From an uncultured Acidobacteriota bacterium (lineage in GTDB: Bacteria > Acidobacteriota > Vicinamibacteria > Fen-336): a stretch of 64,000 nucleotides of DNA. The stretch is from contig CAVTBK010000005.1 of the NCBI GenBank assembly GCA_963732935.1, positions 528,736-592,735 of the forward strand, given 5' to 3'. The notes under the pieces were generated by a model. The model was not told where the DNA came from, searched no databases, and was given only the letters and a program-made list of their open reading frames with translations. Each line of letters opens with the position of its first letter. Position 1 is the stretch's first letter. Below, in pieces: positions 1 to 11,300 of the stretch. A program made the translations under genes and the position numbers.

Positions 1-942
1 TGGCGTCACTACGAGCGGCTGGGCAGCACCTGGCCGATCCAGGCCAAGCGCGGTTGCCCGCTGCCCTGCAACTACTGCCTCTACGGCGCGATCGAGGGCC
101 CGCGCCACAGGCTGCGCCCGGTCGCGGACGTGGTCGACGAGATGGCCTCGGTGAAGGCCGCCGTGCGGCCACGCTGCTTCGAGTTCGTCGACTCGACCTT
201 CAACATCCCCGGCGAGCACGCGCTCGCCCTCTGCGGGGAGATCGAGCGGCGGGGGCTTCGCACGGCCCTCACGGCCCAGGGCGTCAACCCGCTGGGCGCG
301 ACACCGGAGCTGATCGCCGCCATGCGCCGCGCCGGCTTCAACTCCTTCATGGTGAGCGCCGAATCCGCCTCCGACCCGGTGCTGGCGCGCCTCGGCAAGG
401 GCTACACCGCCGCGCACGTCCACCGCGCCCGCGACGCGATGCGCGACTCGGGCATGGTGAGCCTCTGGTTCTTCATGCTGGGCGGCCCGGGCGAGACCGA
501 GCAGACGGTGGAGGAGACGGTGGCCTTCGCCGAACGGAAGCTGGACTGGAAGGGCTGTCTCGCCATCTTCTTCACCGGCATCAGGGTGCTGCCCGGAACC
601 GAGATGGAGCGAATCGCGAAGGCGGAGGGTCAGGTCGACGGGGACGACGACCTGGTGGAGCCTCGCTTCTACCTTTCGCCGGGGCTCGACGAGGGCCGCG
701 TGCTCGACCGAATCCGACGCGCGGTCGCCCTGCGGCCCAACCTGGTGCACGCAGCCGAGGAAGACGCGGTCATCCAGCACGCCATGAACGCGATCCTGCC
801 GCGGATGGGCGTTCCCCCGCCCTACTGGCGGTTCCTGCCCCTCGCTCTGCGCTCGTTCCCGCTCAGGCAGCTCCGTCGCCTGCGCGCCGACTTCGGCGAG
901 ATCCCGCCCCCGAGGGGCGGCCCCGCCGCCGACCTCCGATAG
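1..942 (+). CDS. Radical SAM protein, 5' end outside window (probably the C-terminal rSAM core of a B12-binding class B enzyme)
   Basis: The ORF is open to base 1 in frame 1. Translation begins [28 protein letters not shown], which carries the CxxxCxxC 4Fe-4S/SAM motif. Stop TAG at 940-942. Confidence 0.8.
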   Translation, partial: WRHYERLGSTWPIQAKRGCPLPCNYCLYGAIEGPRHRLRPVADVVDEMASVKAAVRPRCFEFVDSTFNIPGEHALALCGEIERRGLRTALTAQGVNPLGATPELIAAMRRAGFNSFMVSAESASDPVLARLGKGYTAAHVHRARDAMRDSGMVSLWFFMLGGPGETEQTVEETVAFAERKLDWKGCLAIFFTGIRVLPGTEMERIAKAEGQVDGDDDLVEPRFYLSPGLDEGRVLDRIRRAVALRPNLVHAAEEDAVIQHAMNAILPRMGVPPPYWRFLPLALRSFPLRQLRRLRADFGEIPPPRGGPAADLR

Positions 943-956
943 AATCGCCCTCTATG
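940..956 (+). promoter_or_regulatory. TAGAAT -10-like element 8 nt upstream of the purL ATG (candidate leaderless promoter)
   Basis: TAGAAT at 940-945 overlaps the rSAM stop codon, and the purL ATG is at 954. The same hexamer sits at 31548-31553 (9 nt before the GTG of the NtrC-like gene), 29911-29916 (upstream of the GNAT-nitrilase gene, with a SD) and 37583-37588 (upstream of treY, with a SD). Its reverse complement ATTCTA at 29882-29887 faces the minus-strand TM-helix gene. Confidence 0.35.
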
Positions 957-3900
957 GCCATCCTCGAGCTGCCCGGAGGGGCGGCGCTCTCCGACTTCCG
1001 CCTGGAAAAGCTGAACGCCACGCTGCACCCGCTCGCGCTGTCGGTCCGATCCACCCGGTACTGGCACTTCGTCGAGGTGGACCGCGACCCGACGGCGGAA
1101 GAGACCGCGACGCTCGCGCGGCTCCTCCGCTATGGCCCGGGCCTCGCTCCCCCGCCGGAGCCGACCGGGGTGACCGTGCTCGTCACCCCGCGCCTGGGAA
1201 CCATCTCGCCCTGGTCCTCGAAGGCGACCGACATCGCGCGTCAGTGCGGCCTCGGGCTGGTACGTCGGATCGAGCGCGGCACCGCCTTCGACCTCGCGGG
1301 CGACGGGGAAAGAACCGCCGCGCTCCCCTTCCTGCACGACCGCATGACGGAGACGGTGCTGGCCTCGTTCCAGGAGGCGACCGCCCTCTTCCGTCACGTT
1401 CCGCCCAAGCCTCTGGCCGAGATCGACCTCCAGGGACGCGGACGCGCGGCGATCGAGGAGGCCAACGCCAGCATGGGGCTCGCCCTGGCCCCGGACGAGA
1501 TCGATTATCTGGCGGCCTACTTCGAGGGACACCACCGCAACCCGACCGACGTCGAGCTCACCATGTTCGCCCAGGCGAACTCCGAGCACTGCCGTCACAA
1601 GATCTTCAACGCCGGCTGGATCGTGGACGGCCGGAAGCAACCGCAGTCGCTCTTCCAGATGATCCGGGAGACGGAGAAGGCGAGCCCGACCGGAACGGTG
1701 AGCGCCTACTCGGACAACGCCGCCGTGATGGAGGGTCACAGCGTCCGTCGTTTCCAGGCGGACCCGGCGAGCGGACGCTACCTCTACCAGGAGCAGCTCC
1801 TCCACACCCTGATGAAGGTGGAGACCCACAACCACCCGACCGCCATCTCCCCCTTCCCGGGCGCGGCTACCGGCTCGGGAGGCGAGATCCGCGACGAGGG
1901 GGCCACCGGGCGCGGGGCGAAGCCCAAGGCGGGCCTGTGCGGCTTCTCGGTCTCGAACCTGCGCCTGCCGGGGCACGCGCGGCCCTGGGAAGGCCCGGCC
2001 GGCCAGCCCCGAGCGGATCGCCTCCCCGCTCACGATCATGATCGAGGGCCCGATCGGCGCGGCCTCCTTCAACAACGAGTTCGGCCGTCCCAACATCGCC
2101 GGCTACTTCCGCAGCTACGAGCAGGAGGTCGCCGGCAGCGGTCCGCGGGTACCACAAGCCGATCATGCTGGCGGGCGGGCGTGGGCAACGTCCAGGCCGC
2201 GGCACGCGAAGAAGGCGCGAGCTGCCCGCGGGCGCGCTCCTGATCCAGATCGGCGGACCGGCGATGCTGATCGGCATGGGCGGCGGCGCCGCCTCCTCCA
2301 TGTCGACCGGCACTAACGCCGCAGATCTCGACTTCGACTCCGTCCAGCGCGGCAACGCCGAGATCCAGCGCCGCGCCCAGGAGGTGATCGACCGCTGCAC
2401 GGCGCTCGGCGGCCGGAACCCGATCCTCTCCGTCCACGACGTGGGAGCGGGCGGGCTCTCGAACGCGCTGCCGGAGCTCGTCCACGGCTCCGGCCGGGGC
2501 GCCCGGATCGACCTGCGGGCCGCTCCCAACGAGGAGCCCGGCATGACGCCCCGCGAGGTCTGGTGCAACGAGGCGCAGGAACGCTACGTGCTGGCGATCG
2601 CGCCCGCGGACCTGGACGGTTTCCGCGCGCTGTGCGAGCGCGAGCGCTGCCCGTTCGCGGTGGTCGGCGTCGCCAGCGAGGACCAGCGCCTCGTGGTCCG
2701 ACGATCCCCTGTTCGGCAACGCGCCGGTGGACATGGAGCTGCCGGCGCTGCTCGGCAAGCCGCCGCGCATGACCCGCGAGGCGCGACGGCGTGCAGCGCG
2801 TCGCTGCGCCCTTTCGATGCCGCCGGCATCGAGATCGTCGAGGCCGCGCGACCGCGTGCTGCTGCACCCGGCGGTCGGCGACAAGACCTTCCTGATCACG
2901 ATCGGCGATCGCACCGTCGGCGGCCTGGTCGCGCGCGACCCGATGGTCGGGCCCTGGCAGGTGCCGGTCGCGGACTGCGCCACCACCCTCGCCGGCTTCG
3001 ACGGCTACGCGGGCGAGGCCTTCGCGATCGGCGAGCGCGCGCCGCTCGCGCGTCGCTCGACGCGCCGGCCTCGGGCCGGATGGCCGTCGCCGAGGCCCTC
3101 ACCAACATCGCCGCGGCGCGCGATCTCCACGCTCGCACGCGTCAAGCTCTCCGCCAACTGGATGGCGGCCGCCGGCGCACCAGGCGAGGACGCGGCTCTC
3201 TTCGACACCGTCAAGGCCGTCGCCCTGGATCTGTGTCCGGCAGCTCGGCATCGGCATTCCCGTCGGCAAGGACTCGATGTCCATGCGCACGACCTGGCGG
3301 AGGACGGTCAGGAGCGGCAGGTCGTCGCGCCGCTCTCGCTGATCGTCTCCGCGTTCGCGCCCGTGCGACGACGTGCGCGGGACGCTGGACGCCCCAGCTG
3401 CGCACGGACGCCGGGGAGACCGATCTCGTGCTGGTCGACCTCGCGAACGGGAGGGCCCGCCTCGGGCGGCTCCATCCTGGCCCAGGTCTTCGGCCAGACC
3501 GGAGACGCGCCGCCGGACCTCGACGATCCGCGCGCGCCTGCACGCGCTTCTTCGCGGCCCTCGCGGAGCTGCGGGCCGCCGGTCTCGTGCTCGCCTACCA
3601 CGACCGCTCCGACGGCGGTCTCTTCGTGGCGCCGCCGAGATGGCGTTCGCCGGCCACTCAGGCGTCACGCTCGACCTGACGCCGCTCGCGGGCGAGGCTG
3701 GAGACCCGGCCGCCGCGCTCGCCCTTCTCTTCAACGAGGAGCTGGGCGCCTGCTCCAGGTCCGGTCGAAGAGCTGCCGGCGTGTCCTGGATCTGCTCGCC
3801 GCGCGCGGCCTCCCGGCCCACGTGGTGGGCGCGCCGCGCGAGGACGAGCGCGTCCGGGTCGCGCGCTGGCCGGCCGGATGCTGCTCAACGAGAGCCGGAT

Positions 3901-4865
3901 CGCGCTCTGCACCGCGCTGTGGTCCGACACCACCTTCCGTCTGCAGTGCGCTCCGCGACAACCCGGAGGCGGCGCGCGCAGGAGTACGACCGCCTGCAGG
4001 ACGCGGGCGATCCGGGTTGTCGCCGGCGCTCAGCTTCGACCCGGACGAGGACGTCGCGGCGCCCTTCCTCGCGCGCGGCGTCCGGCCGCGCGCTGGCGGT
4101 CCTGCGCGAACAGGGCGTCAACGGGCAGGTGGAGATGGCGGCGGCGTTCGACCGAGCGGGTTTCGCGACGATCGACGTGCACATGAGCGACATCCTCTCG
4201 GGACGCGTCGTCGCTCGCCGGCTTCGCAGGCTTCGCGGCGCCGCGGCGGCTTCTCCTACGGCGACGTGCTGGGAGGCGGCGAGGGATGGGCCAAGTCCAT
4301 CCTCTTCAACCCCCGGGCCCGCGACGAGTTCGCCGCCTTCTTCGCCCGGACCGACAGCTTCGCGCTCGGCATCTGCAACGGCTGCCAGATGATGAGCGCG
4401 CTCCAGGAGCTGATCCCGGGTGCCGAGGCCTGGCCGCGCTTCGTCAAGAACCGCTCCGAGCAGTTCGAGGCGCGGCTGGTGATGGTCGAGATCCCCGAGA
4501 ACCCCTCGCTCTTCTTCCGGGGCATGGCGGGCAGCCGGATCCCGGTCGTGACCGCTCATGGCGAGGGCCGGGCCCTCTTCACAGACGGCAGGACGCCCGA
4601 GGACGCGATCGTGTGCCTGCGCTTCGTCGACAACCGCGGGCGCGTCAGCGAGAGCTATCCCTACAACGTGAATGGCTCGCCGCGCGGGATCACGGGTGTC
4701 ACCACCGCCGACGGGCGCTTCACGGCGCTCATGCCGCATCCCGAGCGGGTCTTCCGCTCCCTCCAGATGTCGTGGCATCCGGACGGCTGGGGCGAGGACA
4801 GCCCCTGGATGCGCCTCTTCCGCAACGCCCGGGCCTGGGTGGAAGAGGCGTCCGGCCCGCGCTGA
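954..4865 (+). pseudogene. purL: Phosphoribosylformylglycinamidine synthase, large single-chain type, disrupted by many frameshifts
   Basis: N-terminus [20 protein letters not shown] and C-terminus ...[22 protein letters not shown]...FTALMPHPERVF are typical large PurL. Between about 2010 and 4250, conserved PurL segments ([149 protein letters not shown]) are scattered over all three forward frames. At least 12 one-base indels are needed to join them, for example three single-base insertions within about 45 bp near 2170-2215. Confidence 0.8.
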
Positions 4866-4869
4866 CTCC

Positions 4870-5358
4870 CTATCCCGAGGCGCCCGGCTCGCCGCCTCGC
4901 CGACCCGCGCGCAAGCGGCCCAGCAGGCGCAGCAGGCCGATCCGCGAGAGCCAGGCCACGGCACGCCGCTCGGGCCCGAGCCCCAGCCGCACCCGCCGGC
5001 CGCGCCTCTCGGCCCGCGTCACGACGCCCAGGACCTCCGCCCGCGCGACGAGCGGATCGGCTTGCGGCGCCGCGTCCCCGCGCAGGAGAAGACCGTCCTC
5101 CCGGCGTGCCACCAGCCGGTGCACGAGCAGTCGATCCTCGCGCGGCGCGAAGGCCACCACCTCACCCTGAGAGGGTGAAGCGCCCTGGCACGGCGCAATC
5201 GTGAGGACGTCGCCGGCGCGCAGGAAGGGCGCCATGCTGTGGCCGGTCACCTCCAGCCGGACGGCCTGACCGGCGCGCAGCAGGTCCCCCAGCAGACGCG
5301 GAAGCCGGGCGACGGAGGCAGCAGGCGGCGGTTGCTCGGGGAGGTCGGGAGGCAGCAC
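4870..5358 (-). CDS. Small soluble S24/S26-like serine peptidase (Ser-His type, SipW/Sec11-like motifs), translationally coupled to the giant gene
   Basis: 162 aa. Motif VTGHSMAPFLRAGDVL matches the nucleophile-Ser box of LexA/signal peptidase I folds, and LLVHRLV resembles the Sec11/SipW His motif. The GTG start at 5356-5358 directly follows the TAG stop (5359-5361) of the upstream giant gene. No N-terminal TM segment is visible. Confidence 0.6.
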   Translation of the reverse strand: MLPPDLPEQPPPAASVARLPRLLGDLLRAGQAVRLEVTGHSMAPFLRAGDVLTIAPCQGASPSQGEVVAFAPREDRLLVHRLVARREDGLLLRGDAAPQADPLVARAEVLGVVTRAERRGRRVRLGLGPERRAVAWLSRIGLLRLLGRLRAGRRGGEPGASG

Positions 5359-8300
5359 CTAGTCGGGCAGCCGGCTGACCGGCTCGCCCAGCAGATTGTA
5401 CATGTAGCGCGTGGGCACGGCGCTCGCCCCGATCAGCTCCCGTAGCGCCCTCCCCACCGCGTCGCCAACCACCTTCTCGTTCCTCAGGAGGGCCGCCGTG
5501 AAGAAGGACTTGTCGAGCTTCACCGCGAGCGCGTTCTCGGAGAGCCCGGTCGGCGACCAGGCAGCGAAGGCACCCCCGTCCTTCTTGAGGACCATCGTCT
5601 CGGCGAGCGACGCGTAGCCCGGGATCGCGAAGTTCCCGGCCACGCAGGTCATCCCGAGCAGGATCGGCAGCCGGTCCGGGTTGGCGAGCCCCGCGACATC
5701 GCTGCTCGTCCACAGGCCCTCGTCCGCGAAGCGGTCGAGCCCCCCGTGGCCCACGTAGTTGAAGACACCCACGCCCGCGTTCAGGGCGTCGCGGATCGCC
5801 TTCCGCCCGGAGGCGGCCGTCGTGGTGGTGAGATAGACCTTGGCCGCGGCGTAGCCGGGCGGCAGCAGGGCGGCGACCGCGTCGCTGTCGGCCGTGAACG
5901 CCCCGGCCCCGTCGGGGTTGTCGGCGGCCATCAGCACCGCGTGCTGCCAGGCCTCGCCGGGCGCGCTCTCCTGGCGCTCGATCTTCGCGAGGTAGTCCAG
6001 AAGCTCCTGCGAGGTGACCACCGGGAGCCGGCCGATCGCGACCTCCGGGATCCCGTCGTCTCCGCGCAGATCAGCGAGACGCACGTCCGAGACGAAGAGC
6101 CCGTTGGCCGAGCTCGCCATCAGCGGCGGGACCAGGTTGTCGCCCACGCCCATCACGTCCTTGTAGTCCCAGGTGCCGCGTCCCACGAGCGTGACGTAGC
6201 GAGGCGGCGTCTGCCAGGAGGCGGTCGCGTAGCGCAGGAACGCGCGGATCGCGGTCGGTTCCGGGATCCCTCCGTTGAACTCCGAGTAGATGGCGGTGAG
6301 CGGGGCAACCATCGTGCGCAGCCCGTTGCGGTTCCGGTAGTCGGCCAGCGCCGCCGCGGCCGGCTCGAGCGAGTCGGGGGCGATCAGGACGTACTCGGCC
6401 ACGTTGTGCCGGTCCCGCAGCGTCGGCTGCCGGGAGGCCACGACCGCGAGGGGCGCCAGGGCGCGCTGCCGGACGAGCGCCAGGTAGCGCCCGCTACTGG
6501 CAGCGACGGCACCGAAACGGATCCGATAGCCTTCGCCAGGCACGGCCGTGGTCGTGTGCGAGAGCAGCCTCGGGCTCGCCGGCGTCGTCACGTCGAGCAG
6601 CAGCACGTCGGCGGACGAGAAGCCGCTGATCTCGACCGCCGCCCCGCGCGGGGCCGCGAAGGCGAGAGTATCGTCGACCGCGCGGTACTGCCGCGCGTAG
6701 CCGAGGTCGACCGAGTCCAGGTAGACGACGTCCTCGGGGACACCGGCGTCGTGAACGGCCCGGACTTCGAGCGTGTTGTCGCCTTCCCGCACCTCGCCGG
6801 CCAGCATCGGGATCTGGATCAGGTGAGGGCCGAGGCCACCCCAGGAGTCCTCGCCCACGGTGCTGCCGTTCCACGAGACGGTGACGTGGTGGTCGATCTC
6901 GGCGGCGTCGTCCGACCCGCCCGCCATCCGAATCGTGAGCGAGGCCGAGCCCGCTGCGACCACGCCCACGGCCGGGACCGTCACGCTGGCCGTGTCGAGA
7001 CCCTCGTAGCCGGCGAGTGCGTAGGCCCAGAACCAGAAATCGCCGTCCGGGTCCTGCACGACCGAAGGTGCCGCAAAGACATCCTCTTCCCGATGCACCG
7101 TCTCCTGGAAGAAGGCCGCCGCGCCGCCCCGGCCGTCGGTCGCGACGGCGCTCATCGTCGCTCCCGAGCCCACGCCGATCTGGTACACGTTCTCGTCCGT
7201 GTAGATGCCGGTTGCAGGCTCGGCGTAGAAGAAGATCCCGGCGTCGAGCGCGTCGGGCAGGTAGGGCACGGGCTGCCCGCGATGGGCCACCACCAGCTGC
7301 CGGGTACGGATCAGGACGCGGGCGGTGTCCGGCGTCAGGCCCGCCGGGACGGCGATCTCGTCGGCCGCGACGTAGTAGAGCCCGCTCTGCCGGGTCGTCA
7401 GCTCGACCCACCCGCCGCGCCAGCTGCGCCGCGCCGCGGCCGCCGCCCGCTGTTGGGCATTGGCCTCCTGGGCCCGCTGCTGGGCGAGCTGCGTCATGGG
7501 GGCGGGCTGACGACCGAAGAGCAGGTCCTTCATCGCGAGACTCCCGCCGGCCGCCGACGAGGCCACGCTGGACATGCCGCCCGCCGACGAGGCCACGCTG
7601 GACATCGCGGCCGCCTGGGCCAGGGACGCTGCCGCGGCGCCCTGTCCGCTGAGCCAGGGCGAGGGCCCCGCCAGAACGGAGAGGACCGTCTTCGCGCGGT
7701 TCCCCGCCACGGACGACCCGAGCGACCTCATGCTCGGCTCGGGGTCGGCGGCGACCGAAGCTGCCGTCTCGGACGGCGCGACCGTGTAGGGGCCGTGCGC
7801 CTGCTCGACTCCCCGCGCGTCGACCTCCACGAGCATGTAGCTCGACGGGCCCTCCGCCTCGGCCCCGAAGTCAGTGAAGCGGTAGGTCCCGCCCTCTGGA
7901 TGGCCGAGCAGGCCCGGCACCAGCCGCTCGTCGAGGCGCTTCCACTCCCGGCTGACGGTGTCGAATCGGAAGATGTGGAAGCCTCGTGTCCCGACCTCCA
8001 CCGACGTCCGCCACTCGACCACGACCGCCCCGCCCGTCAGATGGGTCCTGAACGACGCCACGTTGGCGAAGGTCACCTGTGGCGGGCGGAAACCGAAGTC
8101 GACGCCGGACACGTCGGCGCTGCTGAGGTCGACCGTCTCCTGCAGATCGAAAGGCCCTGTCGTCCCCTCCGTCCTCTCGTAGGTCGCGGAGAGTCCCGCC
8201 AGCACGCCGTTGACGTCGGTCAGCTCCACCGTGTACGTGCCGGCCGCGAGACCCTGCACGGAGTAGATCCCGTCCGCGTCGGTCGTCAAGCCAGCGATCA

Positions 8301-11300
8301 CCGTTCCACCGGAGAGGACGTCGAGCGTCACCCCGGCAATGCCCGTCTCGCCCGTATCGAGGACGCCGTTCCCGTTGGTGTCGTTCCAGACGACTCCGGA
8401 AAGCGAGCGCGACACGAGGGCCTGGAAGCCGAAGTCCGCCCCCCAGTAGCTGACGCCGCCCGTGATCGTCGCGTTCAGCTGGAGCCCCGCCAAGACCGGG
8501 TCCGCGTCCGTGCCGGTGAACGCGTAGCCGGTCAGGGCCGGCACGCTCACGACGTAGCTGCCGTCGCCCAACCCGGCGAACACGTAGTGCCCGTTGGCAT
8601 CCGTCGTGGTCGTGTAGAGCGGGGTACCACCCTGGTAGAGCTGGACCACGACTCCGGGGATGCCACCCTCGCCGGAGTCCTGCACGCCGTTGCCGTTGGT
8701 GTCGAAGTAGACCGTGTCGCCGATGGCGCGCGTCGCCCGGAAGCCGTAGCTCGGCGACGAGCGCCGATCCCGGTCCGCGGTGAGGTTGCTCTCGGCGCGC
8801 CGGCGGGCCACGGCCCAGGTCGTCGTCCCCGCAAAGTCGGCGAGCACGCCACCCGTGTCACTGACGCGCGTCGTGTAGTTCGCGCCACCGCCGGTGACGC
8901 CGCTGAAGCTGAAGGTGCCGTCGGCCGCGCTGACGGCCGTGCCGATCACGTTGAGGCTCGCGTCCAGGAGGTCGACGCTCACCCCGGCGATCCCGCTCTC
9001 GCTGCCGCTGTCCCAGAGGCCGTTGCCGTTCAGGTCGAACCAGACGCGATCGCTGATCGCGTAGGTGGTGACCGTGCTTCCCGTGAAGCCGAAATCCGCG
9101 GTCACGTACGCGGTGCCAGCGACGACGTTCGGGAAGTAGTAGGTGCCCGGCGTGGTCAGGGCGTAGCCGCCCGGCGTCTGCACGGCGACGAAGTAGTCCT
9201 CGCCGCCGGTCAGACCGCTGGCGGTCAGCAGGTAGTGGCCGTCGACGCCGCTGGTCGTGGTCTGGATCGGGGTCGTCTCGCCCGCGTCCAGGACACCGTT
9301 CCCGTTCGCGTCCAGCAGAAGGCTCACGGTGGCGCCGGCGTAGGCGACTTCGCCCGCGTCGCGCAGGCCGTTCCCGTTCGCGTCCACCCACACCTGATCG
9401 CCGAAGAGAACCGTCCCGGTCGCGGGCCGATAGCCCAGGTCCGCGCTCGTGTAGCTGTCTCCGCGGGCGAGGTTGAAGGGCACCGAGCGGTTGCCGCCGT
9501 AGACGGCCGGGTTCGGATAGGACTGCGAGACACCGGCCGGCAGCCCTCCGGTGACCTCCACGTAGTAGCCGTCCCCGGGCGCCACGGTCGGGAACAGATA
9601 GCGGCCGCCGACGTCCGTGTACAGCGTGCCGAGCGGCGTTCCCCAGACGTCCTTCAGCGTGACCTCGACGTTCGCGATCCCCGACTCGCCGAAGTCCTGG
9701 ACGCCGTCCCCGTCGGCGTCGAGCCAGATGCGTCCCGCGACACTCGCGCTCACGACACTCGGGTTCGTGACGATGTTCGTGGCCGAGGCGCTCACCTGGA
9801 TGGGAAGCTGAACCGACGTTGTCGAGGCCGTGTTGGTGATGGAGCTGATGCCGGTCGGCAGCGGTGCGTCGACGGTGACGTTGAAGGTGGCCGTCAGGGT
9901 TCGACCCGCCGCCAGCGCGTAACCGTATGCGCTCGGCAGCAGATCGGGGGGATTGCTCCCGCTCACGGCCCTGTCGTATGTGATCGAGAGATTGTCGACG
10001 TAGAAGTACTCGCCGTTCTCCGCGTAGTCGCTAGCCGCCGGAATGCTGAACCTCACCTCCGTCAGGCCAGCGGGGGCAGCCAGGGGGATCGCGAACGTGG
10101 CGACCCCGGACACGTCGTCGGAGTAGGTGGCAAGTGTCATCCAGGCGCCACCGCCTCCTAGGCGGTATTGAACCGCGATGTCGTCCGTCGGCTCGAGATT
10201 GTTCGACGTCCGGTAGTCGAAAGCGAGCTCGGCCCAGGTCGCGCCACTCCCGGCCAGGTCGACGCCGCGTGAAATGGCGGGAGTGGCCGCGCTATAGCTG
10301 ATAGCCAGGTTGTCGACGTAGAAGTACTCGTTGTTCTCGTAGCTGGTCGTGTAGATCCTTATGGTCGTCGTCGCGGACAGCAGACCGGCCGGGATCGCGA
10401 AGTTGACGGTCCCGGTGTGATCGTTCTGGAAGTTCAGCACGGTCGTCCAGGGCCCCGCGGGGCTCGAGGCGACGTCGATCCACATATAGTCGCCGTTGTC
10501 GACGTTGCCGCTCGTCGTGTAGTTGCAGGTGATCGTTGCAGCGGTGGCCCCGGCTAGGTTGACCTGCCGGTAGATCGTCTGGGCGTTGCCCCCGAGGCGG
10601 AGCTGTCCGTTCAGGATCCGGATGTCGCCCGCGTTCGGTCCGTCGCCCTGGCTGTCGACCCAGTTGCCGTTCCAGTTCGTCGTGCCGTCGTTGTTGTTGT
10701 AGGCCGCCGTTCCGAAGTCGTCTTCCACGGTGCTGGGGGGCGTCAGGTAGCTGGTGAGCCTGAGCTCGCCACCGGTCACACGCACCACCCCGGTCGCGGG
10801 GGCGGCGTCGTCTTGCGTCTCTACCCAGCTGCCGGTCCAGTTCCGCGAGCCGTTGTTGTTGCCGTACGCTACGGTGTCGAAGCGATCGGCCACCGACGAG
10901 GCACTGAGAATCGTCGTCCCCGAGACCGAGCTCACTCCTGCGGGAAGCATGTCGTAGAGGGTGACCCCGGTCAGCGTGGTTCCGGAGCCCGCGGGGTTCG
11001 AGACCGTCGTCGTGTAGGTGAGTGTGTCGCCGGGATAGACGGGGGTCGCCTCCGGGACGCTCGAGGCCTTCGTGATCTGGACCGTGGTGCCGGCGGTGCC
11101 TTCCGAGACCACGTAGGTGAAGTCCTTGGTGGTGAAGGTCTGCGTCACGCCGCTCACCGTTCGCGTCCCGACTGCCTGCACCCGGTTTTGACTCAGCGTG
11201 CCTTCGGGCAGCGCCACTGTCGTCCGGGCCGTGAACGTGACCACGATCGACTGGTTGGGGGCCATGGCCCCGCCGGTCTGTGCGGTCGACCAGACGAGAG

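Noticed and set aside
54-2243. 729-aa plus-strand ORF from the track as an independent gene
   Set aside because: Its 5' part (54-953) is an alternative frame overlapping the radical SAM gene's tail. From 954 it is simply the N-terminal in-frame portion of purL, running until the first frameshift.
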